DNA of 13,242 nt from an uncultured delta proteobacterium (lineage in GTDB: Bacteria; Desulfobacterota; Desulfuromonadia; Geobacterales; DSM-12255): positions 1 through 13,242 of the forward strand of contig CAWBBV010000017.1 in the NCBI GenBank assembly GCA_963787125.1, in the 5' to 3' direction. Within the stretch, counting starts at the first letter, position 1. Every line of letters begins with the position of its first letter. The notes under the pieces are model-generated. The model did not search any database. It had not been told where the DNA came from and saw nothing but the letters and a program-made list of their open reading frames with translations. A program made the translations under genes and the position numbers. Below are positions 7,053-13,242 of the stretch, piece after piece.

Positions 7053-8174
7053 CGATTTATGTTTCTCCATCATCTCAACAAACCGCCCAAACAGATAGTG
7101 TGAATCGTGGGGGCCAGGCGACGCCTCTGGATGGTGCTGTACGGAAAATATCGGCAGTTCGCAGTGACGAATTCCCTCAACAGTCTGATCGTTCAGGTTC
7201 TCATGTCCCAGGCAGGCGGCATCGCCGAGCGAATCGAGGTCAACGGCAAAACCATGATTTTGTGAGGTGATTTCAACTTTTCCAGTGACCATATCCATTA
7301 CCGGCAGATTCGAACCGTGATTGCCGAAAGGGAGTTTGACTGTCTTGCCGCCAAGGGCCAGTCCGAGCAGTTGATGACCCAGGCAAATGCCGAAGATAGG
7401 TACTTTGCCGACAAACTTTCTGATTTCTGCCTGAACTTTTACCAGCGGTTCAGGATCACCGGGGCCGTTGGAGAGAAATATCCCGTCCGGGTTTATTGCC
7501 AGGGCCTCGTCAGCCGGAAATGTGGCCGGAACGACCGTCACATCGCAACCGGCATCTACCAGACAGCGAAGAATATTATATTTCATGCCGAAATCATAGG
7601 CGACAACCTTGTACTTCAGTGTGGCCGGATCGATCTCCGGATAACCTGTCTCCAGATCCCACAGACCCTGAGTCCATTTGTAAGGTTTATCACAGGAAAC
7701 GCCACTGGCCAGATCAAGTCCCGCCATGCTGGGCGTAGCATTCGCTTTGGCAACAAGGCTGACCGGATCGGTGTCAACTGTGGAGATGATGCCGTTTTGC
7801 GCCCCCTTGTCACGGAGGTGACGGGTAAGCGCTCTTGTATCTATACCCTGAATGCCGACAATGCAATTTTCTTTCAGGTATGAGTCGAGACTCATGGTTG
7901 CCCGCCAGTTAGAGTAATTCGGCTGATACTCTTTGACGATAAATCCGGAAAGGAAAAGCCCACGGCTCTCAATATCCTCGGGGTTGATACCGGTATTACC
8001 GATCTGGGTATAGGTCATAGTGACCATTTGGCCGCGATAGGATGGATCAGTCAAAACTTCCTGATATCCGGTCATGGCAGTATTGAAGACGACTTCACCG
8101 GTTGCTTCACCGGTCGCACCGAACGACTTTCCTTTAAAGATACGCCCGTCAGCCAGCGCAAGTATTGCTTTCAT
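7050..8174 (-). CDS. carA: Carbamoyl-phosphate synthase small (glutaminase) subunit, 374 aa
   Basis: GEVVFNTAMTGYQEVLTDPSY, LSNGPGDP, GICLGHQ (catalytic Cys), SQNHGFAV, HPEASPGP. Start moved to ATG 8174 (MKAILALADG), which has a GGAG upstream. Confidence 0.98.
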   Translation of the reverse strand: MKAILALADGRIFKGKSFGATGEATGEVVFNTAMTGYQEVLTDPSYRGQMVTMTYTQIGNTGINPEDIESRGLFLSGFIVKEYQPNYSNWRATMSLDSYLKENCIVGIQGIDTRALTRHLRDKGAQNGIISTVDTDPVSLVAKANATPSMAGLDLASGVSCDKPYKWTQGLWDLETGYPEIDPATLKYKVVAYDFGMKYNILRCLVDAGCDVTVVPATFPADEALAINPDGIFLSNGPGDPEPLVKVQAEIRKFVGKVPIFGICLGHQLLGLALGGKTVKLPFGNHGSNLPVMDMVTGKVEITSQNHGFAVDLDSLGDAACLGHENLNDQTVEGIRHCELPIFSVQHHPEASPGPHDSHYLFGRFVEMMEKHKS

Positions 8175-8193
8175 GTTTAACAACTCCAAAAGA

Positions 8194-9474
8194 TTAATTT
8201 GCCTGTATTTTTATTGTTTTGCCTGAAATAACCGTAGTTACTGCACAACCTTTCATTCTCCAACCAAGAAACGGCGAGTTTTTTGATTTGCTTGAAAGCT
8301 TATCGGCCTCAACAGTCCACTCTTTTGCCAGGTCAATCACAGTGATATCTGCAACTGCACCTGTCTTAAGTGAGCCACGATTCAGCCCAAGAATAGCTGC
8401 AGGCTTGCACGACATCTTGTCAATCAGCTGATTCAGAGTCAGAACACCCTCTTCAACGAGTTTCAGCGATAGCGGCAGTGATGTCTCTAGGCCGATAATG
8501 CCGTTCATCGCTTCATTGAACTCGACGTCCTTTTCATCCAGATGGTGGGGCGCATGGTCTGTGGCGATACAGTCAATAGTGCCGTCTTTGAGCCCTTCCT
8601 TTATGGCAATGACATCAGCTGTTTCCCTGAGCGGCGGATTCATCTTGGCGTTGGTATTGTAACCGCGCACTGCATCGTCGGTGAGGATAAAATAGTGGGG
8701 GGCCGTTTCACAGGTAACCTTTACACCACGAGCCTTGGCCTCACGGATGATCCTGACCGAATCCTTTGTGGAGACATGGGCGATATGAAGTGGCGAGCAG
8801 GTGTATTCTGCCAGCATTACATCCCTTGCAGTGGCAATATCCTCAGCAACGCGGGGAATTCCTTTCAGGCCGATTTCAGTAGAGGTAAACCCTTCGTTCA
8901 TAACCCCTTCGCCAACCAGGGAAAGATCTTCTGCGTGAGTTATGACCATAATGCCGATGCCGTTCGCATACTGAAGAGAGCGGCGCATAAGCTCGGCGTT
9001 TGCCACCGGTTTGCCGTCATCGGAAACGGCAACGCAGCCGGCTTCTTTCAGCTCGCCCATCTCTGACATCCGTTCGCCATTCATGCCGTAAGTAATGCTG
9101 CCGACCGGGAAGACGTTGCAAAAACCCTCAGCCTTTGCCTTGTTGATAATGTAGCTGGCAATCGCTTTGTTATCTATGGCCGGTTTTGTGTTCGGCATAC
9201 AGCAGACAGAGGTGAAACCGCCGGCAGCAGCAGCCTTGGTGCCGCTGATGATATCTTCCTTGTACTCAAGGCCCGGATCGCGGAGATGCACATGCATATC
9301 AATCAAGCCGGGTACGACAAGCTTACCGCTGGCGTCGAGCAGTTCTGTTCCGGGAGGTGCAGACAGCTCCTTGCCGATCTCTTTCACCAGTCCGTTTTCT
9401 ACCAGCAGATCCAGAACTTCATCAAGACCCTGGCTCGGATCGAGCACTCTGCCGTTTTTGATAAGTAGCTTCAT
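8194..9474 (-). CDS. pyrC: Dihydroorotase (long, class I type), 426 aa
   Basis: [47 protein letters not shown]. Start moved to ATG 9474 ([10 protein letters not shown]) with GAGGT RBS; the longer ORF start runs through the REP element. Confidence 0.97.
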   Translation of the reverse strand: MKLLIKNGRVLDPSQGLDEVLDLLVENGLVKEIGKELSAPPGTELLDASGKLVVPGLIDMHVHLRDPGLEYKEDIISGTKAAAAGGFTSVCCMPNTKPAIDNKAIASYIINKAKAEGFCNVFPVGSITYGMNGERMSEMGELKEAGCVAVSDDGKPVANAELMRRSLQYANGIGIMVITHAEDLSLVGEGVMNEGFTSTEIGLKGIPRVAEDIATARDVMLAEYTCSPLHIAHVSTKDSVRIIREAKARGVKVTCETAPHYFILTDDAVRGYNTNAKMNPPLRETADVIAIKEGLKDGTIDCIATDHAPHHLDEKDVEFNEAMNGIIGLETSLPLSLKLVEEGVLTLNQLIDKMSCKPAAILGLNRGSLKTGAVADITVIDLAKEWTVEADKLSSKSKNSPFLGWRMKGCAVTTVISGKTIKIQAN

Positions 9475-9498
9475 ATAGTCACCTCTAAATTTCTTAAA

Positions 9499-9561
9499 TT
9501 GTAGGGGCTCCCCTTGTGGGTGCCCTTCAAGTGCGGGCAGGCACAAGCCCTGCCCCTACAA
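9499..9561. repeat. Inverted doublet of GTAG-type REP sequences (REPIN-like)
   Basis: tgtaggggctccccttgtgggtgccc (9500-9525) and, on the minus strand, tgtaggggcagggcttgtgcctgccc (9560-9535). Each is GTAG plus a GC-rich hairpin around a CTTGTG core; 9-bp spacer between them. Confidence 0.85.
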
Positions 9562-9570
9562 AAAACCGTA

Positions 9571-10506
9571 CTATTCAAGTTCTCCGCCGCAGACATGATA
9601 AAGCATTGCCATCCTGACAGCGACACCATTTTCCACCTGCTTCAAAATATGTGACTGCTCACCGTCAACAACCGCAGAGGACATTTCGACGCCGCGGTTT
9701 ATCGGGCCCGGGTGCATGACCATGGCATCTGGCTTTGCGAACTTGAGGTTTGCCGGGTTAAGACCAAAATATCTAGAGTATTCGCGAGTGTTTGGCATCA
9801 GGGTTTTCCCCTGACGTTCCTGCTGAATCCGGAGCATCATGACCACATCGGCATCTTCTATTGCCTCTTTCATGGTGGCGCAGGCTGTGACATTGCCGAG
9901 TTTTTCAACTCCTGGAGGCATCATGGTAGGCGGTCCGGCAACAAAAACATGGGAGCCGAGCTTGGTAAGCCCCTGGATGTTGGAACGGGCAACGCGGCTG
10001 TGAGTGATGTCGCCGACAATGGCAACTTTAAGACCGTCAAGCCTTCCGAAGCGGTCTTTCATTGTGAGCATGTCCAGAAGTCCCTGGGAAGGGTGCTCAT
10101 GGGTGCCGTCTCCGGCATTTATGATTGAGCAGTGCGGCATCTTCTTGGAGAGAAAGTAGTGTGAACCAGAGACCGCATGACGCATGACGATGATGTCAGG
10201 TTTCATGGCCAGAAGGTTAAGAGCTGTATCGGCCAGAGTCTCTCCCTTGGTAGCTGAACTGGAAGAGGTGGTGATATTGACTGTGTCCGCTGAAAGCCTT
10301 TTTCCGGCTATTTCAAAAGAAGTTCGCGTGCGGGTTGATGCTTCGTAAAAAAGATTGATAATCGTTCTGCCACGCAGAGTTGGCACTTTCTTGATCTCGC
10401 GGTTGTTTATCTCCCGCATGTTTTCAGCGGTTGAGATGAGCAGCTCGATCTCTTCTTTAGTCAGATCCCTGAGTGCAATGATATCCTTGTGAGCGAAACT
10501 CTTCAT
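9571..10506 (-). CDS. pyrB: Aspartate carbamoyltransferase catalytic subunit, 311 aa
   Basis: [45 protein letters not shown]. Start moved to ATG 10506 (MKSFAHKD) with AAGGAGG RBS overlapping the pyrR stop. Confidence 0.98.
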   Translation of the reverse strand: MKSFAHKDIIALRDLTKEEIELLISTAENMREINNREIKKVPTLRGRTIINLFYEASTRTRTSFEIAGKRLSADTVNITTSSSSATKGETLADTALNLLAMKPDIIVMRHAVSGSHYFLSKKMPHCSIINAGDGTHEHPSQGLLDMLTMKDRFGRLDGLKVAIVGDITHSRVARSNIQGLTKLGSHVFVAGPPTMMPPGVEKLGNVTACATMKEAIEDADVVMMLRIQQERQGKTLMPNTREYSRYFGLNPANLKFAKPDAMVMHPGPINRGVEMSSAVVDGEQSHILKQVENGVAVRMAMLYHVCGGELE

Positions 10507-10516
10507 GCCCCCTCCT

Positions 10517-11107
<591 letters not shown>

Positions 11108-11115
11108 CTATGCTG

Positions 11116-11220
11116 ACAAATAAAAGAGCCTTCCCGCTTGGATGCAGAAAGGCTCTTCTCAGTGATGATAAAGATTGTTTCAGGCACCTTTGCTAACCTC
11201 ACGGGGCTATCTTAAAAGGT
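11116..11220 (-). promoter_or_regulatory. PyrR-dependent transcription attenuator (binding loop, antiterminator, terminator)
   Basis: Binding loop ACCUUUUAAGAUAGCCCCGUGAGGUUAGCAAAGGU (11220-11186) fits the PyrR consensus CUUUAA..ARUCCNGNGAGGYU..AAAG. Terminator AAGAGCCUUUCUGC-auccaa-GCGGGAAGGCUCUU-UUAUUUG (11157-11117). AAAGG of the binding loop can pair with CCUUU of the terminator 5' arm. Confidence 0.92.
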
Positions 11221-11235
11221 AAAATATGTAAGTTA

Positions 11236-11264
11236 TAAATATAGTCGAAGAGGAGCGAAGTCAA
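11236..11264 (-). promoter_or_regulatory. Candidate promoter of the pyr operon
   Basis: TTGACT (11264-11259), 17 bp, TATTTA (11241-11236); TATATT at a 15-bp spacing is an alternative -10. Lies directly upstream of the PyrR binding loop and downstream of the tRNA terminator. Confidence 0.6.
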
Positions 11265-11281
11265 GGCAATTATAAACCAGC

Positions 11282-11321
11282 AAAAAACAAAAACGGCAAC
11301 CGTATGAGTAACGGTTGCCGT
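11282..11321 (-). terminator. Intrinsic terminator after tRNA-Glu
   Basis: Perfect 11-bp stem acggcaaccgt/acggttgccgt (11293-11303, 11311-11321), 7-nt loop, followed on the minus strand by a U-rich tract. Confidence 0.9.
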
Positions 11322-11329
11322 GAAATTGA

Positions 11330-11404
11330 TGGTGATCCCAAGGGGACTTGAACCCCTGCTGCCGACGTGAAAGGCCGGTGTCCTAACCACTAGACGATGG
11401 GACC
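11330..11404 (-). tRNA. tRNA-Glu (anticodon UUC), 75 nt, CCA encoded
   Basis: GGTCCCA/TGGGATC acceptor stem, D arm GTCTAGTGGTTAGGAC, anticodon arm CCGGC-CT TTC AC-GTCGG, T arm AGGGG-TTCAAGT-CCCCT, ending in ACCA. Confidence 0.97.
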
Positions 11405-11446
11405 GAACTTACTGCTCAGCTCACAATGTGCGCGCCAAGAAAAGTG

Positions 11447-11475
11447 TTTATAGCAGAGCCGATATTTCTAGTCAA
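11447..11475 (-). promoter_or_regulatory. Candidate promoter of tRNA-Glu
   Basis: TTGACT (11475-11470), 17 bp ending in TGC (extended -10 TGn), TATAAA (11452-11447). Confidence 0.7.
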
Positions 11476-11497
11476 GCATTTTTCCAGCACAATTAAT

Positions 11498-12097
11498 TTA
11501 GCGGGTAATTATTCTGATAAATCTGAAGAGATAATCAGCACCGGACCAGACGGTTATGACAAAGGCGATCCAAAGATAGAACATCCCAACGTTGTGCATG
11601 TTCGCCAGCAGCAGTGGATGTGTGGAAGAGAAGAACCAATGATAATCGTAATGCAACAGGAGCGCAATTATCGCTACAATCTGAAAAATGGTTTTGAATT
11701 TCCCCAGGTCACTTGCCTCAATGACAATCCCCTCAGACGAAGCAATACCTCTGAGCCCTGTTATGATGATTTCTCGCCCCAGAATAACAAGAACCATCCA
11801 GGCAGGTACTCTCTCAAGGGGGATGATCATAATCAAGGCTGCCATGACGACAAGCTTGTCGGCAATCGGGTCGAGGAATTTTCCAAAGACGGTAACTATA
11901 CCCATCTTGCGGGCGACAAATCCATCAAGCCAGTCAGTAAAAGAGGCGGCCGAAAAAAGTGCAGCTGCCCAGAAAGATGACTCACGCTCACCGGTCAGCA
12001 GCAGATAGACCATAAGTGGAATTACGGCTATTCGCATCAAGGTGAGGATGTTGGGGATATTTAAGACAGAGTGTGTCTTGGTTTCGATTTCTGGCAT
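11498..12097 (-). CDS. pgsA: CDP-diacylglycerol--glycerol-3-phosphate 3-phosphatidyltransferase
   Basis: NIPNILTLMRI, CDP-alcohol phosphotransferase motif DWLDGFVARK..FGKFLDPIADK, REIIITGLR, GKFKT; hydrophobic 199 aa. Confidence 0.95.
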   Translation of the reverse strand: MPEIETKTHSVLNIPNILTLMRIAVIPLMVYLLLTGERESSFWAAALFSAASFTDWLDGFVARKMGIVTVFGKFLDPIADKLVVMAALIMIIPLERVPAWMVLVILGREIIITGLRGIASSEGIVIEASDLGKFKTIFQIVAIIALLLHYDYHWFFSSTHPLLLANMHNVGMFYLWIAFVITVWSGADYLFRFIRIITR

Positions 12098-12122
12098 TAT
12101 ATAACCGGTGAAAATGGATTTT

Positions 12123-12731
12123 TCAGTTGGCAGCGTAGTTTTTCTGATAATTCAAAACTTTGCTGACGTAGTTGCGAGTCTCATCGTACGGGGGAACGCC
12201 GCCGAATTTAGCGACTTTTGTCAGGCCGGCATTGTATGCAGCAAGAGCGAGTGTCACGTTCCCCTTGAAAGTGTCCAGAAGGAACCTAAGGTAGCGCACT
12301 CCTCCACGAATGTTGTCTGAGGGGTTGAGTGAGTCTGCCACTTTTAGATCATGGGCCGTTCCAGGCATCAACTGCATGAGTCCTTGCGCTCCTTTGCTTG
12401 AAACGGCATTGGGGTTGTAGCCTGATTCCGCATGAATAACAGCCTTCACAAGCGATTTGTCAACACCGAATTCGGCTGCAGAGGCGTTAATCATTTTATC
12501 GAACTCAGCCGGGTTTCTCGATGTTCTGTTAAAGCCGAAATTTGTCCGGAGTCTTTTGTCTTTTTCGATGTCACGCATGAAAATTTTGAAGCGGCGATCG
12601 GTCGGAGCGTCTGTGAAGTGAATTACGCCATCACTGTCTTCGTATTTGTAGATGTCTGCAAGGGCAGCGCCTGCAGACGTTAAGAGGCTAAAGAGTATGA
12701 CAGTAGTTAGCGAAAACCTGTAATTCATCAT
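12123..12731 (-). CDS. Exported lytic transglycosylase (signal peptide, DUF4124-like N-terminus, SLT domain), 202 aa
   Basis: Signal peptide ending ALA/DIY, IYKYEDSDGVIHFTDAP, AVIHAESGYNPNAVSSKGAQGLMQLMP (catalytic Glu), ALAAYNAG, ETRNYV. Confidence 0.92.
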   Translation of the reverse strand: MMNYRFSLTTVILFSLLTSAGAALADIYKYEDSDGVIHFTDAPTDRRFKIFMRDIEKDKRLRTNFGFNRTSRNPAEFDKMINASAAEFGVDKSLVKAVIHAESGYNPNAVSSKGAQGLMQLMPGTAHDLKVADSLNPSDNIRGGVRYLRFLLDTFKGNVTLALAAYNAGLTKVAKFGGVPPYDETRNYVSKVLNYQKNYAAN

Positions 12732-12750
12732 AAAATCACCATGTTCCCTA

Positions 12751-12779
12751 TTTATAGACGAATTACAGCGGTATTACAA
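12751..12779 (-). promoter_or_regulatory. Candidate promoter of slt-pgsA
   Basis: TTGTAA (12779-12774), 17 bp, TATAAA (12756-12751), about 20 bp upstream of the start codon. Confidence 0.55.
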
Positions 12780-12834
12780 GCAGCAATCGTCAGCAGCAAT
12801 CGGTTGCAGGCAAAGGGCTAATGAAAAATATGAA

Positions 12835-12878
12835 TTGACAAATATTGGAAGAATATTTAGATATATGAATATCCTTCC
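12835..12878 (+). promoter_or_regulatory. Promoter and palindromic operator of the ArsR-family gene
   Basis: TTGACA (12835-12840), 17 bp, TAGATA (12858-12863). Imperfect 32-bp palindrome ggaagaatatttagat/atatgaatatccttcc (12847-12878, 13 of 16 pairs) centred on the -10, as expected for ArsR/SmtB autorepression. Confidence 0.65.
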
Positions 12879-12900
12879 CATGTTTACTTACGGAGCACTT

Positions 12901-13176
12901 ATGGCATTCAATAAAGAGATTAGTTTTGTCGAAGAAGCAGAGGTACTGAAAGTGCTCGGGCATCCTGTCAGGCTGAAAATTGTCGCGGGTCTTTGTACAA
13001 AAGAGTGTAATGTTAAGAATATCTGGGAGTGTCTTGGTCTGCCGCAGGCAACGGTGTCGCAGCATCTGGCGCTGTTGAAGAATAAAGGGATCATCGAGGG
13101 GAAAAGAGGTGGAGCTGAAGTCTTCTACTCAGTCGTTCATCCGCTTGCCAAAAAGATTGTTGATATTCTAGTTTAA
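12901..13176 (+). CDS. ArsR/SmtB-family transcriptional regulator, 91 aa
   Basis: AEVLKVLGHPVRLKIV..L..ECNV..I...LGLPQATVSQHLALLKNKGII..KR.G..VFYS wHTH pattern. Start moved to ATG 12901 with GGAG RBS; the ORF-track TTG at 12835 is the -35 box. Confidence 0.92.
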   Translation: MAFNKEISFVEEAEVLKVLGHPVRLKIVAGLCTKECNVKNIWECLGLPQATVSQHLALLKNKGIIEGKRGGAEVFYSVVHPLAKKIVDILV

Positions 13177-13242
13177 AAATACTCTTTGCTGCCGCTGCCA
13201 TACAGCACCTGATAAGTTGCCCGCACCCCTCCGGTTGTGCAA
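13173..13242 (-). CDS. bioC: 3' end of a convergent gene, probably malonyl-ACP O-methyltransferase BioC (partial, runs off the window)
   Basis: The frame from 13241 reads CTTGGVRATYQVLYGSGSKEYF* with the stop at 13175-13173, overlapping the ArsR stop in TTAA. ATYQVLYG resembles the BioC C-terminal 'PATYxVxYG' motif. Only 22 codons are visible. Confidence 0.55.
   Translation of the reverse strand, partial: CTTGGVRATYQVLYGSGSKEYF

Noticed and set aside
9475..9546. N-terminal extension of PyrC in the ORF track (also those of CarA, PyrB, PyrR and ArsR)
   Set aside because: The extensions run through REP, RBS or promoter DNA; downstream ATGs with good SD sequences match the family N-termini.
11330..11360. 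tRNA-Glu 3' end as an occupied integration site
   Set aside because: The tRNA is followed directly by its terminator and the pyr promoter; no integrase and no duplicate of the 3' end was seen in the window.
11199..11390. 63-aa ORF as a possible pyr leader peptide
   Set aside because: It overlaps tRNA-Glu and its terminator; the PyrR RNA element explains regulation without a peptide.

Overview
Mostly housekeeping chromosome, probably from a Geobacteraceae/Desulfuromonadia-type deltaproteobacterium (inferred from gene order and repeat types, not from a search). The minus strand carries slt (DUF4124+SLT) - pgsA - tRNA-Glu(UUC), then a PyrR-attenuated pyrimidine operon pyrR-pyrB-pyrC-carA-[PflX-like radical SAM]-carB, followed by greA and a DUF1858 CxxC protein, closed by an intrinsic terminator at about 1828-1857. 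A divergent ArsR-family regulator and the 3' tip of a convergent bioC-like gene end the window on the right. The first ~1.8 kb is accessory. It holds a 124-bp MITE-like element with perfect 20-bp terminal inverted repeats, an AAA+/wHTH/PD-(D/E)XK (AAA_14+DUF4143-type) gene whose promoter and start codon lie under a perfect 10-bp palindrome, and an orphan parB-like gene cut at codon 52 by the end of an IS21-like element with four internal repeats. Other signals: a GTAG-type REP doublet inside the pyr operon, a hexamer-repeat hairpin before the radical SAM gene, a terminator-like hairpin just upstream of the greA RBS, and five candidate sigma70-type promoters that all read TTG...-N17-TAnnnA (A instead of the canonical -7 T). 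I do not see a complete novel multi-gene system in this window. The best leads are the apparently autoregulated ATPase-nuclease module, the radical SAM gene inside the pyr operon, the greA leader and the -7A promoter pattern.
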